From the NCBI GenBank assembly GCA_963788195.1, contig CAWBGA010000011.1, forward strand, positions 1 to 64,000: a stretch of 64,000 bases of DNA. Reading direction: 5' to 3'. A program made the position numbers and the translations under genes. Position 1 is the first letter of the stretch; each line of letters starts with the position of its first letter. The stretch is from Nitrospirota bacterium. GTDB taxonomy: Bacteria; Nitrospirota; Nitrospiria; Nitrospirales; NS-4. Below are positions 18,766 to 29,191 of the stretch, one piece after another. Under the pieces are notes generated by a model. The model worked only from the letters and a program-made list of their open reading frames with translations. It was not told where the DNA came from and did not search any database.

Positions 18766-19077
18766 ATGCCGAATTTCATCAAGGTTGCAGAGGTTTCGGA
18801 CATTCCTCCCGGCACAGCAAAGGTGGTGCAGGTTCAGAGTATCGAGGTGGCCCTCTTCAACCTGGAGGGCCAAATCTATGCCATTGATAACATGTGTCAG
18901 CATGCCGGAGGCCCCCTGGGGGAAGGAAAGATCAAGGATGACGTCGTCATTTGTCCCTGGCATGGGTACCGCTACCATATCAAGACCGGCCGATTGCTCA
19001 AGAATCCGGACATGAGTGTGGCCTGTTATCCCGTACAGGTAGAAGACGGCAAAATCGCCGTGTCTGTCACGTCATGA
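18766..19077 (+). CDS. Rieske 2Fe-2S ferredoxin
   Basis: CQH...CPWH. Confidence 0.92.
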   Translation: MPNFIKVAEVSDIPPGTAKVVQVQSIEVALFNLEGQIYAIDNMCQHAGGPLGEGKIKDDVVICPWHGYRYHIKTGRLLKNPDMSVACYPVQVEDGKIAVSVTS

Positions 19078-19601
19078 AGTCGTTCCTTCTGTCGCTTGCT
19101 GCCGCCGCTCTTGCTGTGTCCGTTGTCTGGGCTGCCACGCCTGCCACGACGACGCCAGGCGACAAGCCAGGACAAGAATTTCCCAGTCAAGGCAACGCAC
19201 ACATTCAACGCCTAGGTGAAGCTCATGTCGCGTATAACAGCGATCCTCCGACCTCAGGACCGCATATGCCGGGAATCGCGCCCTGGGGTATGTACAACCA
19301 GCCAATCCCCAAAGAATTCCAGGTACATAACCTGGAGGACGGCGGTGTCTTGATACAATACGCCTGCCCGAAGGGCTGTCCGGAGATCACCAAGAAGCTG
19401 GAAACGTTATTTCAAAAATACAAGAAGCGCGCGGAGACCGAACCCAAATACAAGCATTTGATTATTGCGCCCTATCCGCAGATGGACAGCCGGCTCGCGC
19501 TGTCTGCCTGGACTCGCTTAGATAAGCTCAATGACTTTGATGAGTCCCGCATAGACCGCTTCGTTGACGCCTACATCGGTATCGACCATCATAAAAAATG
19601 A
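19074..19601 (+). CDS. DUF3105-family exported protein
   Basis: YNSDPPTSGPH, VHNLEDGGVLIQY, LSAWTR. Confidence 0.85.
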   Translation: MKSFLLSLAAAALAVSVVWAATPATTTPGDKPGQEFPSQGNAHIQRLGEAHVAYNSDPPTSGPHMPGIAPWGMYNQPIPKEFQVHNLEDGGVLIQYACPKGCPEITKKLETLFQKYKKRAETEPKYKHLIIAPYPQMDSRLALSAWTRLDKLNDFDESRIDRFVDAYIGIDHHKK

Positions 19602-19610
19602 GGGATAATT

Positions 19611-20183
19611 GGGGTCAGAGTCCGCTCCTCGCGCGTGGGGATGAAGCTGATGTCCGCGACCCAGACGCGATCCGGCGCGGCCACGTGGAAGTGCCGCTCC
19701 AACAGATTCGCAGCGGGCGGGGCGCTCTGGCGCGCGGCGTACGCCATGCGAAAGCGCCGCATCCGCCGGGTCTCGATGCCGTGCACGCGGCGCAGGCGAG
19801 CGACCCGGTTGTGCCCACAGCGCAGCCCTTCGGCATTGAGCGCACGCCAGGTCAGATAATGCCATAGGCCTCGCGGGCGTGCGCATGCAGGGCGCGGATG
19901 CGCCCGAGCAACTGCCGATTCGCCTGCGCGCGACCGCTCTCGGGTCGGCGCGTCCAGCCGTAGAAGCCACTCCCGACACCTGCAGCACCCGGCAAAGCGC
20001 GCCGATCCGGTGCTCGCGCGTGTGGTCGGCGATGAACTGGTACCTCACGCAGACTCCCTCGCGAAGTACCGCGCGGCTTTTTTTAAAATCGTACTCTCCT
20101 CCAGCAACCGGGCATTCTCGCGCGATTTTCGAATATGTCACAGCTGTTATCGAGGCCTTGAAATGAAAATCGACTCTGACCCC
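19611..20183. repeat. 12-bp perfect inverted repeat enclosing the IS3 remnant
   Basis: GGGGTCAGAGTC (19611-19622) and GACTCTGACCCC (20172-20183). Confidence 0.75.
19623..20125 (-). mobile_element. IS3-family transposase remnant (orfA end plus orfB N-terminus)
   Basis: ENARL..ILKKAARYFA with A7G slippery site at 20077-20084; YQFI..LCRVLQVS; NLLERHF..PDRVWVADISFIPT; truncated. Confidence 0.85.
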
Positions 20184-20185
20184 GT

Positions 20186-20626
20186 TTATGGCATGACTTC
20201 GGCGGCCGGGCGCGATAACGCAGTCACGGACTCAGGGGTAAGTCCTACCAGCCAAAGGTATTCCCATTCTATCCAGCGGTGCGATTGATCCCCCGGCAAG
20301 CGCACTTCCACCCGCACAAGATACCCCTCTCGGTCCTGCGTACGGTTATTTGGTTGCACAGTCCAGTCACTCATGGAAGCGGAACGCCCCGGTTTCGCAT
20401 TCTCACGCATGATGGCATCAATCGCCTGGCGAATCGTCGGCGCGGCTCGAGCCTGGTGGGTTTGTACCAATGCTAGAGCTCGCGCGGCTTTTGGATCGGC
20501 CATGGGATTCAGCGGCTTCCAGAGGAGATAGCCGGCCGCGCCCCCCACAATGACCACGACCAGGCCCCATTCGATCACGCGGATCCATAATGGCCGGCTC
20601 CCGGTATCCTTGCTGTCCGCACTCAT
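20186..20626 (-). CDS. Hypothetical membrane-anchored protein
   Basis: One N-terminal TM helix. Confidence 0.65.
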   Translation of the reverse strand: MSADSKDTGSRPLWIRVIEWGLVVVIVGGAAGYLLWKPLNPMADPKAARALALVQTHQARAAPTIRQAIDAIMRENAKPGRSASMSDWTVQPNNRTQDREGYLVRVEVRLPGDQSHRWIEWEYLWLVGLTPESVTALSRPAAEVMP

Positions 20627-20700
20627 GGGGGCACCGCGGCGCTAGGTACCCTTATCGCCATCTTGACAACCCCGAAGACCATTCGGTACAAGTAATCCCT

Positions 20701-21162
20701 GTGAAGTACTTCATCTATAATGAGAATTTACATCCTAATCAACTCAAGGAACGAGCCCCCGAGCACTCGTTTTTGTACCGGGGATACCTCCCGGACCATA
20801 CGCTGGCTTTTCCTAGATGGTCAACGGTGTGGCGATGCGGGCTTGCCAGTGTCGTGCCTTCCGTCGGCGACCGCGTCTGGGGTGTCGTGTTCGAGATCAC
20901 TCCCGAGGACTTGAAAATCTTGGATCAATACGGGGATGAAGTGCCACACGGCTCTTTTCGGCATTCGACTATAAATGTCTGCCCCGAACACGAGCAGGAT
21001 CAGCCCGCGCGCAAAGAGATGGTGACCACCCACATTGCCAAACCAGCGGGGAAATTTAAGCCCAAGGACCATTATATAGATTTTGTGCTGGCCGGCTTAA
21101 AGCACTGGAAGCTTCCTGAGGAGTGTTTAGAATGGTGGGAGGCCCAACGCCCTCCCGCGTAG
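20701..21162 (+). CDS. Gamma-glutamylcyclotransferase-like protein
   Basis: KYFIY..NL, LAF, GDRVWGVVFEI..EDLKILD. Confidence 0.75.
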   Translation: MKYFIYNENLHPNQLKERAPEHSFLYRGYLPDHTLAFPRWSTVWRCGLASVVPSVGDRVWGVVFEITPEDLKILDQYGDEVPHGSFRHSTINVCPEHEQDQPARKEMVTTHIAKPAGKFKPKDHYIDFVLAGLKHWKLPEECLEWWEAQRPPA

Positions 21163-21172
21163 GAGATTCCAG

Positions 21173-21385
21173 ATGCCTATTTATGAATATGCCTGCCCGT
21201 CGTGCCGGAAACAATTTGCGTTGCGACAATCCGTCCATGTCCAACCACATGAAACGGTCTGCCCGTCGTGCAATTCTCAAGCCGTCGAGCGGTTGATTTC
21301 CCGCTTCGCCGCCAAGACCTACGGAGCTGGTGATTCTGATCCTTCCGGCGGAACCAGTTGCTCTCACGGTGGCGGTGGGCGATAG
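21173..21385 (+). CDS. FmdB-family zinc-ribbon protein
   Basis: MPIYEYACPSC...CPSC.S..VERLIS. Confidence 0.9.
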   Translation: MPIYEYACPSCRKQFALRQSVHVQPHETVCPSCNSQAVERLISRFAAKTYGAGDSDPSGGTSCSHGGGGR

Positions 21386-21429
21386 TCGCTCGCTGCTTTT
21401 CTTCACACCCCTTTACCAAGGAGCGCTAT

Positions 21430-21756
21430 ATGGCTAAGCCCAAATATCATATCCTCGTCTGCAAGAACACCCGTCCTCCGGGGCACCCGAAAGGGTCATG
21501 CGGCGAGCGCGGAGCCATGGGCATTCTTAATCAGTTCAACTTTGGCGTTATGGAACGTAGCCTGATCGGCCAGGTTATCGTCACGCCGACCGATTGTCTG
21601 GGCCCCTGCCAGTTCGGCCCGACGGTCGTCGTGTATCCGGATGGGGTCTGGTATAAGAGCCTGACTGACGCCGATGTGGCGGTCATTCTCGATGAGCACA
21701 TCGGCAAAGGTAAGCCCGTGGAGCGACTGAGAATGCCGGACGAAGTCTGGGGCTAA
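21430..21756 (+). CDS. Thioredoxin-like (2Fe-2S) ferredoxin
   Basis: HILVC..GSC..CLGPC..GPTVVVYPDGVWY. Confidence 0.9.
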   Translation: MAKPKYHILVCKNTRPPGHPKGSCGERGAMGILNQFNFGVMERSLIGQVIVTPTDCLGPCQFGPTVVVYPDGVWYKSLTDADVAVILDEHIGKGKPVERLRMPDEVWG

Positions 21757-21760
21757 CTCG

Positions 21761-22267
21761 TTGGGACCTCACGAGGGACATACGTCCGGCGCCCCGAGCT
21801 CTATCGGTTGCATGGTGATCACATGCAGTGATACGCGCACTCGCGAGACCGATACAAGCGGCGCCGCCATTATGGAGCTGTTGAAGGCGCGCGGCCACCA
21901 GGTGGCTGCGTATCACCTGGTGAAGGATGAGCCCGGCGTGATTACCGAGCTTATCAAACAAGGGGCCAAGGACCCGTCGGTCCAGGCGATCATCATCAAC
22001 GGCGGGACAGGGATCTCCCGTCGTGATTCGACTTTCGAGGCAGTGGATAGATTACTGGAAAAACGTCTGGACGGCTTTGGCGAGATCTTTCGCTACCTGA
22101 GTTTTAAGGACATTGGCTCGGCGGCGATCATGAGCCGCGCCACCGCGGGCCTCTATCAAGGCACAATCCTCATCTCGCTGCCCGGATCTGAAAACGCCGT
22201 GCGACTCGCCATGGAACAGCTCGTTTTGGCCGAACTTGGTCATATGGTCCGCGAAATGACCAAGTAA
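21761..22267 (+). CDS. moaB: Molybdenum cofactor biosynthesis protein MoaB/MogA
   Basis: ITCSDTR..DTSG, NGGTGISRRDST, GFGEIFR, SLPGS. Confidence 0.88.
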   Translation: MGPHEGHTSGAPSSIGCMVITCSDTRTRETDTSGAAIMELLKARGHQVAAYHLVKDEPGVITELIKQGAKDPSVQAIIINGGTGISRRDSTFEAVDRLLEKRLDGFGEIFRYLSFKDIGSAAIMSRATAGLYQGTILISLPGSENAVRLAMEQLVLAELGHMVREMTK

Positions 22268-22306
22268 AACGGGAACGATCTTTCCTTCCGCTAAAGGATT
22301 GCCAGT

Positions 22307-22708
22307 TTAGTCCTGCGTAATCCGCGGCTCCGAAACACTTTTAAAATAGAGCAAGAGATCGCGGACAGACAGCAACCCGACGATCGTGCCCGTGTCCGTC
22401 ACCGCCAGATGACGAACGCTGAGGTCTCCCATCATGTCGTGGGCATCCTGAGGCGTACGCTGAATCTCGATTGACGCGACCGGCGCCGACATGATGGCCT
22501 CAATCTTCTCCTTGCCGAGATCAGCCCCCCGCGCCGAGGCCTTGCGCACAATATCGGTCTCGGTCAAGATAGCCACGATCTTGCCATCGCGCTCCACAAG
22601 GAGTGAGCCAACGCGCTCATCACGCATCCGCCGCGCCGCTTCCTGGATGGTCGCATCGTATTGAATCGTTTTCAGTTTGGGGGTCATTATATTCCGCAGT
22701 GTGTTCAT
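22307..22708 (-). CDS. CBS-domain protein
   Basis: Paired CBS motifs. Confidence 0.88.
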   Translation of the reverse strand: MNTLRNIMTPKLKTIQYDATIQEAARRMRDERVGSLLVERDGKIVAILTETDIVRKASARGADLGKEKIEAIMSAPVASIEIQRTPQDAHDMMGDLSVRHLAVTDTGTIVGLLSVRDLLLYFKSVSEPRITQD

Positions 22709-22721
22709 GGTCGCCTCTTGG

Positions 22722-23750
22722 TTACGGAGTCAGCACGATCTTGCCAAAGAGCTTGCGGTCAGTCATTCGTTCCTCGGCGGCGCGGGCTTCTTTTAACGGC
22801 ATGATGGAATCAATCGTCGACTGAATACGGCCCGACGCCATCCATTTTGCCACATTCAATAACTCCGCGCGAGTACCCATCATCGACCCGTTAATCGTGG
22901 CCTGTCGCATGTAGACCTGACGAAGGTCCATCGTGACGGTGGGACCAGTCGTGGCGCCGCATGTGATAAGCCGTCCACCCTTCGCGAGCGACAGCATGCT
23001 CTGATCCCACGTGGCCGGCCCGATATGCTCGATGATCATATCCACGCCGCGCCCTGCTGTGAAACTCTTGACGCGGTCGGCGACGTTTTCCTTTGCGTGG
23101 TCAATGACCTCATCCGCGCCGAGAGCTTTCGCCCGCTCGACCTTGTCCTCCGATCCCACCGTCGTAAACACGCGGGCCCCGGCCGCACGCGCCATCTGTA
23201 TCGCCGCACTCCCCACGCCGCTACCAGCGCCCAGTACCAGTACATCCTCCGCCGGCTGAAGCTTGCCAAGCCCAAACAGCATGTGCCATGCGGTCAATGC
23301 CGTCAGTGGGAACGCGGCGGCCTGCTCAAAGGTTAAGCTTCCGGGAATGGGAAGTACATTGACCGCCGGCACAGTGACCAACTCAGCCATACCGCCGTTG
23401 ACCTGTGCTCCAAGTATCCGATACGAGACACACAGGTTATCTCTGCCTGAGAGACAGAAGTCACAACGCCAGCACGAGATTCCCGGGGCTACAAAGACCC
23501 GATCGCCGGGTGTGTTCCCGACGACGTCCGGGCCGGCCCGCTCAACAATTCCTGACACATCGCAGCCACCAATATGAGGTAGCGGCACCGAAAACGCCGG
23601 TATCCCCTGGCGGATCCAGATATCGAGGCGATTGAGCGCGCAGGCCTTGACCCGAATTCGCACCTGCCCCGGTCCCACGGCAGGATCGATGGTATCCTCG
23701 TATCGGAGAACCTCAGGCCCACCGTGTTGATGGAAGACGGCGGCTTTCAT
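22722..23750 (-). CDS. Zinc-binding alcohol dehydrogenase / quinone oxidoreductase family
   Basis: CWRCDFC..C zinc site; GAGSGVG. Confidence 0.9.
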   Translation of the reverse strand: MKAAVFHQHGGPEVLRYEDTIDPAVGPGQVRIRVKACALNRLDIWIRQGIPAFSVPLPHIGGCDVSGIVERAGPDVVGNTPGDRVFVAPGISCWRCDFCLSGRDNLCVSYRILGAQVNGGMAELVTVPAVNVLPIPGSLTFEQAAAFPLTALTAWHMLFGLGKLQPAEDVLVLGAGSGVGSAAIQMARAAGARVFTTVGSEDKVERAKALGADEVIDHAKENVADRVKSFTAGRGVDMIIEHIGPATWDQSMLSLAKGGRLITCGATTGPTVTMDLRQVYMRQATINGSMMGTRAELLNVAKWMASGRIQSTIDSIMPLKEARAAEERMTDRKLFGKIVLTP

Positions 23751-24686
23751 CTATAGCGACAGGACACCTTCGATGACGACAACCGCCTGGCCTCCCACAT
23801 GTACCGACTCAATCTCATCATCGTCGGAGTGCACATGCACCATCAACCGTGAAGGCCGGTCGATCTCATAGCCTTGTTCACAGATGATTTCGGTGGTGGG
23901 GCCTACATCAACCACACCGTTTTTTACCAGATATGCGCCCAATGCCCCTGTCGCCGAGCCCGTCGCAGGATCTTCCACGACACCCACAGGAGATGCGAAC
24001 ATCCGGGTGTGAACCGTAGACTCTTCTTCCACCGTCACAGTTGAAAATACCATAATACCTTGAGCCTTATGCTGTTCACATACACTATTGATCAAGGAAA
24101 TATTGGGGCAGGCGGCCGAAACAGCTGTCAACGTCCGTACCGGCACCACCATGACAGGAAAACCCGTGGAGACGACCTCCACGGGAAGCCCGGTCCCCGT
24201 AATTTTCGTCTTTGGGATGCCGATGGCTTTCGCAACTTCAAAGAGATCCCGCAAAGGTTCGATGACCCCAAGAAATTCCGGTTTGGGCTGAACCATGAAA
24301 ATATTGCGAATGCATCCTTCACGCACAAACAATTCAACAGGGTAGACTCCCACATGAGTCTCCTGGTGGTAACGGGTAACCGGCTCCGTGAGCGTGATGA
24401 CACCAATATGGGCAAGGATATAGAAGGCCCCAAGCACAGGATGCCCGGCGAAAGGGATTTCCCGTAAAGGCGTGAAAAAGCGTAAGCGCACATCGGCGCC
24501 CGGGACGGAGGCCGGAAGCACAAAGACCGTCTCCGAGAGATTCATCTCTCTGGCGATCTTTTGCATTTCCCAGTCGGCAAGGCCGGCTGCATCGGGAACA
24601 ACGGCTACGGGATTACCGCCGAAGACCGTGCTCGTAAAGACATCGGCCTGATAGAACTTGACGTCCCGCCGACTGGACATCGTCAC
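23751..24686 (-). CDS. PhzF-family isomerase
   Basis: DVFT..FGGNP, MNLSETVF, EIPFAGHP, EDPATGSA. Confidence 0.92.
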   Translation of the reverse strand: MTMSSRRDVKFYQADVFTSTVFGGNPVAVVPDAAGLADWEMQKIAREMNLSETVFVLPASVPGADVRLRFFTPLREIPFAGHPVLGAFYILAHIGVITLTEPVTRYHQETHVGVYPVELFVREGCIRNIFMVQPKPEFLGVIEPLRDLFEVAKAIGIPKTKITGTGLPVEVVSTGFPVMVVPVRTLTAVSAACPNISLINSVCEQHKAQGIMVFSTVTVEEESTVHTRMFASPVGVVEDPATGSATGALGAYLVKNGVVDVGPTTEIICEQGYEIDRPSRLMVHVHSDDDEIESVHVGGQAVVVIEGVLSL

Positions 24687-24700
24687 ACCTCACGGGCGGT

Positions 24701-24776
24701 ACTCTATTCGATGGCCTGTGAATTGTCAACGCAAGTGCTGGTCTCCATTGACAGGTTTCTGTGGGGTCCGTAAAAT
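24701..24776. promoter_or_regulatory. Back-to-back divergent sigma70 promoters
   Basis: Minus strand TTGACA(24729)-N17-TAGAGT; plus strand TTGACA(24748)-N17-TAAAAT. Confidence 0.6.
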
Positions 24777-24812
24777 GATGTGTCAATGACAGCGACGCTC
24801 TTCAGATAGGTC

Positions 24813-25595
24813 ATGGCCGAGGCAGAGGCAGACACTTCCCCACCCGGGGTCAACCCTGACAACCCGGAATTCGTTGAGCCAGCGATAGCGTCCCCCCTTC
24901 CGCTCGCTCCCTCGGAGCTTGATCAGGTCACGGCAAAGGCTCTGCGTCACATCAAGGCCAAGCGCGGCGGAGATCTGGCCGCTGTCCTGCTTGTCGGGTC
25001 GGCCACGGGGGAACCTCTGTTGCCCCACAGCGACGTCAATTTTATCGTATTGGTGAAAGGTACTGAGAACCGGCATGAGCTCGTTCGGATACAAACGCGT
25101 ATCGTCGAAATCCGCTACATGGGTTTGGTTTCGGCGGAGGAGCAGCTCAAGCAGTCCTTACGACTGCCGGCTACCTTGCGAAAGGCGCGCGTCCTTTATG
25201 AGATCGAAGCCGATGGCTGCCGCTTCCTCGAACAGGCGCACGCGCGGTTCCGGCAAGGGACCCCGGCCTTGACGCTGCACGAGAAGATTCGCCTGCGCGC
25301 CGATGCCTTGCATTGGCTCGGAAAGGCTGAGGACCACGTCGACCAGCCTGCCTTGGCTCATTACCTGCTGTCCATTTACCTCGACGAGTGCATTAACGCC
25401 TTCCACCATCTACGCGGTCTATGGCTTACGTCGGCCAAGGACAGTCTACGGTTCATTGGCCAACGAGACCCTCCCCTCGGAGATCTGCTGCAGCAGGCAT
25501 TCGCCGCAGCGGAGCTGTCGCAACGATTTGAGCTTGGCCGGCGGGTCGCGGAATATCTGTTCAAGGACATCCCGTCCCCCGCACGAATCGATTAG
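24813..25595 (+). CDS. Nucleotidyltransferase-fold protein with helical C-domain
   Basis: VLLVGS...HSDVNF. Confidence 0.6.
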   Translation: MAEAEADTSPPGVNPDNPEFVEPAIASPLPLAPSELDQVTAKALRHIKAKRGGDLAAVLLVGSATGEPLLPHSDVNFIVLVKGTENRHELVRIQTRIVEIRYMGLVSAEEQLKQSLRLPATLRKARVLYEIEADGCRFLEQAHARFRQGTPALTLHEKIRLRADALHWLGKAEDHVDQPALAHYLLSIYLDECINAFHHLRGLWLTSAKDSLRFIGQRDPPLGDLLQQAFAAAELSQRFELGRRVAEYLFKDIPSPARID

Positions 25596-25628
25596 AAAAC
25601 CCCCCGCCTCATAACCCCTTCGTTGGGC

Positions 25629-26225
25629 TCAACGCGGCAAACTCTTGTCCAAGATCTGTGTGTACAGGAGGTCGGCGAGCAGGCGGTAACCGGCCACAGT
25701 CAGATGCAGGCCGTCATTTGAATACGCCCTGGCGAGCCGATAGGTTCCGGGCTCCGCGGTGGCAGTGAAAAGATCCACGCACGAAAGCGAATGCTTTGTG
25801 CAATGGCCGACGAGCAAGGCATTCAACTCTTGACGTTCAGGGATATATTCGTCCGCCCCCCGAATCGAAGGAACCGTGACAGCCGTGACCTGAATGCCGC
25901 TCTCGGCTGCCTGCGAATACATGGCCTGCAGATTCCGGAAGATTTCTTGTGGAGCGATACGCCATCCGAGATCGTTGGTGCCCCCAAGAATGACGGTGAG
26001 CCAGGGGCCGGGCGCGACCACGTCACGCGCAAATCGCTCCACCATCTCCGCGGTCCGCTCTCCGCATACACCACTAATCTTGACAGCCGCCCGACCCACG
26101 AGACGACCCTGCAAGAAGCCACCGTACGGCGCATCCCCGGAAATGGGATCGTCGGCGGTCGGAATACGAAACCCCGCCGTCAGGCTGTCACCAAAGCAAA
26201 TGATCAAAGGCAGGGAAGGCGGCAT
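25629..26225 (-). CDS. SGNH/GDSL hydrolase
   Basis: FGDSLT, GGTND, DGLH. Confidence 0.9.
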   Translation of the reverse strand: MPPSLPLIICFGDSLTAGFRIPTADDPISGDAPYGGFLQGRLVGRAAVKISGVCGERTAEMVERFARDVVAPGPWLTVILGGTNDLGWRIAPQEIFRNLQAMYSQAAESGIQVTAVTVPSIRGADEYIPERQELNALLVGHCTKHSLSCVDLFTATAEPGTYRLARAYSNDGLHLTVAGYRLLADLLYTQILDKSLPR

Positions 26226-26250
26226 GAACGATTTGAAAAGGGGTCCACCC

Positions 26251-26652
26251 TCAACGCAGCTGCTGAGGTACCTCTTGTCCGAGAGCTCCGACTTGGGCTG
26301 TCACGATGCCCGCATAGTTCAGGGTGAGGACCATGCGATAACCGGTCAGCGGGGTCAACACACCTACGTGACGGTCGATTGCTTCGGATCCGTAGCGAAA
26401 CCGCACCACGACATCCGTCTCTTCTCCCGACCGCCGCGCTTTGAGTTCCCGGGACTTGCCTTTAGGAATCATCCCGATCGGATGCGGCAGGGACCAGACG
26501 ACGACGACGACGTTCTGGATGTCCTGATCGGAATTGTTCTGGAGCACAATAGCCGTTTCCGATTTCTTCCAGAACTGGTATTCAAGCGGGATCAGGTCTT
26601 GATTCGACCAGGCCAGCAGACCGACTAACGCCAGGATTACAAAAGCCTTCAT
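26251..26652 (-). CDS. Hypothetical exported protein
   Basis: GAGG RBS; signal anchor. Confidence 0.6.
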   Translation of the reverse strand: MKAFVILALVGLLAWSNQDLIPLEYQFWKKSETAIVLQNNSDQDIQNVVVVVWSLPHPIGMIPKGKSRELKARRSGEETDVVVRFRYGSEAIDRHVGVLTPLTGYRMVLTLNYAGIVTAQVGALGQEVPQQLR

Positions 26653-26793
26653 GAAAACCTCGTCAAGCTCGACCCCCGCAACAGTGTTTCACCATCTTAT
26701 AGGTTGTTCGGCTAGTTAACAAGATTTATTTAGGGTAAATTACGTTGTTGGCATGAAACAGTATGACAATCTGTCGTTTTAGTCCCACAGAAG

Positions 26794-27138
26794 CTAGTAT
26801 TTATCGTACGTCCGAATCTGCCCGTTGCCGCAATCGATCTCCATCACCACATCGTCTCGCACATTCACCACGGCTCGAATTGACCGAGAGCTAAAGACCG
26901 GACCCCCGAAAAATAGCACAAGACGCGTTCTCGCCGGGTTGAGTTCGCGAGCTGTCGGCGAGCCGAGTTTTTGCACTAGTTCGGCTCGTCCCCCGCCGGG
27001 TTGTATCTCACCACAGCTGCGCAGATTGGCCTGGCCTTGCCGGTGCAGACGAAAAACCCAGATGCTCACTATCAACACCAGGACGAGACTGACGGACACG
27101 ACCAAAACTCGAGTGCGGCCGGGGTGTAGGGATATCAT
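26794..27138 (-). CDS. Hypothetical membrane-anchored protein
   Basis: ATGA overlap with the OPT stop; one TM helix. Confidence 0.55.
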   Translation of the reverse strand: MISLHPGRTRVLVVSVSLVLVLIVSIWVFRLHRQGQANLRSCGEIQPGGGRAELVQKLGSPTARELNPARTRLVLFFGGPVFSSRSIRAVVNVRDDVVMEIDCGNGQIRTYDKY

Positions 27139-29160
27139 GGTGTGCTCGCTGGTTTGGTTGCATTGCGATACAGCCAGACGCCCACGCCTGTCAGGATCAC
27201 CAAACCGGGCCAACCTCCCATGGGAGGAGCCTCGAAAATCATGACTGGGTCCGGGCTGAGGGAGGGCCACACCCCGCTCAGGGCAATCGGGATCGCAAGC
27301 GCTATCCCTGTCAAGGCTTCACCGGTCACCAACCCTGCGGCACAGAGCAGGCCCTGCTGGCCCACCGTCCTCTCATCCGCCTCCCCGCGTCTTTTTACAA
27401 GACCGGCGAGCAGGCCTCCGAGCAAAATCGCCGTGCTCAGCTTGAAAGGCAGGTAGATTCCAAGAGCAAAGGCCAGGATCGGCACTCGGGAGGACTTTCC
27501 GCCTTGCTGTTGACGTTGATCCCACACGATCACCAACGCCGCGATCATGGCACCCAGGGCGACCATCCCCCAGGGAAGGTCGCCTCCGAAGACTCCTCTT
27601 GCAAGACTGGCCATTAAAGTAGCCTGCGGCGCGCTCAACGGGTGGGGATGGTGTGTTGTCACCTCACCCAAGCCATACTTCCCGTGCAGCAGCGTCAGCA
27701 CTGGAGCGATGACGACGGCCCCCGTTGCGACGCCAACGACCTGCATCACTTGCTGTTTCCACGGGGTGGCGCCGACGATGTAGCCGGTCTTGAGATCCTG
27801 TAGATTGTCGCCCGCCATGGCAGCTGCACAGCAGACGACTGCTCCGATCATGAGAGCGGCGGCAGGGCCGGCGCTATCATGAGCTCCCATCACGAGCATC
27901 AACAGAACCGCCGATAACGCCACAGTCGCGATCGTGACGCCCGACACGGGATTGCTCGAACTGCCGACAATGCCGGCCATGTAGCCAGCCACAGCTGAAA
28001 ACAAAAACCCGGTGGCTGGCCATGATCAGAGTCATCATGACGGCAATACCGAACTGCCCGATAGCCCGACTATAGAGCCATACCATCACAATGAGGGTCA
28101 GTAAGAAAGGGACAATGACCCACCCCAGCGGTGCATCGCGTTCCGTCCTTGGCAACGCGTGTCTCGCCCGTGGCCTTGTCAACGCTCCGGCCAAGGGAAG
28201 GTTTGTGGAGAGGCCAAGCCCTCGTAGGATTGTTCCCCGCAATTGAATCAGTGTCCAGAGCCCGCCGACAAGCATGGCTCCAATACCGACAAACCGTATG
28301 TGTCCGCTCCACAGACCTTTGGCGGCCTCCAAGGCCGACACGTTCTCGGGAGTCCCCAGCATTGCTCCATACATTGGGATCAACACAAACGCTGCCAGCG
28401 CGCCGCCGCAAAAAACAACGACCGCAGACTTTGGACCGATGATAAATCCTACTGCGATGAGCGCGGGAGAAAGATTGACGCCTCCATAGAGAACGGAGCG
28501 GCCCACCCGCATGCCACCCTCCAGCGCTTCCGACCAAAGTCGCAGCCCACTCTCCCCAAACTTGACGGCGCCTCCCAGGAGCGCTGCTTTCAAAAGAAGT
28601 CTCACACCACGCGACGGATCTCTCAGCGCCGGAGCGTCGGTGAATTGTGCCGGGAAACCCAATTTCAGCACCTCTGCAGTTGCAACGCCTTCCGGATAGC
28701 GAAGTTTCGCTTCAACGATCAGAGCGCGACGCAATGGAATCGTGAACAGAACACCCAGCAGTCCTCCCACCATACTGATCGCAACGGTTTGCCAGTAGTC
28801 GAACGCACTCCAATAGCCAATCAGCAGCAAGGCGGGAATGGTAAAGATCACACCGGCCGCCACAGCCTCACCAGACGAAGCGGCGGTTTGTACAATGTTG
28901 TTTTCCAAAATGTTCGCGTGCGCAAACCATCGAAGGACCGCCATCGAGACGACAGCGGCCGGAATGGAGGCGGAGACGGTCATGCCGGCGAAGAGACCTA
29001 AATAAGCATTTGCGGCAGCAAGCACTGCCGCAAGAATAATAGACAGAACGACGGCCCGGACGGTGATCTCCGGCAGTTCGACCTCGGGAGGGATGACGGG
29101 CGTGTCATGGACCGGGAGACCTTTCTCGCGGTCCGAGGTGGCAGTTCCTGTCGTGGTCAC
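27135..29160 (-). CDS. OPT-family oligopeptide transporter (frameshift about 28010)
   Basis: AANAYLGLFAGMTVSASIPAAV, ENNIVQT, GSSSNPVSG, NLQDLKTG, APQATLM. Confidence 0.92.
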
Positions 29161-29191
29161 AGCCTGAGTTGAGCAAACAACGTAGAATCGT

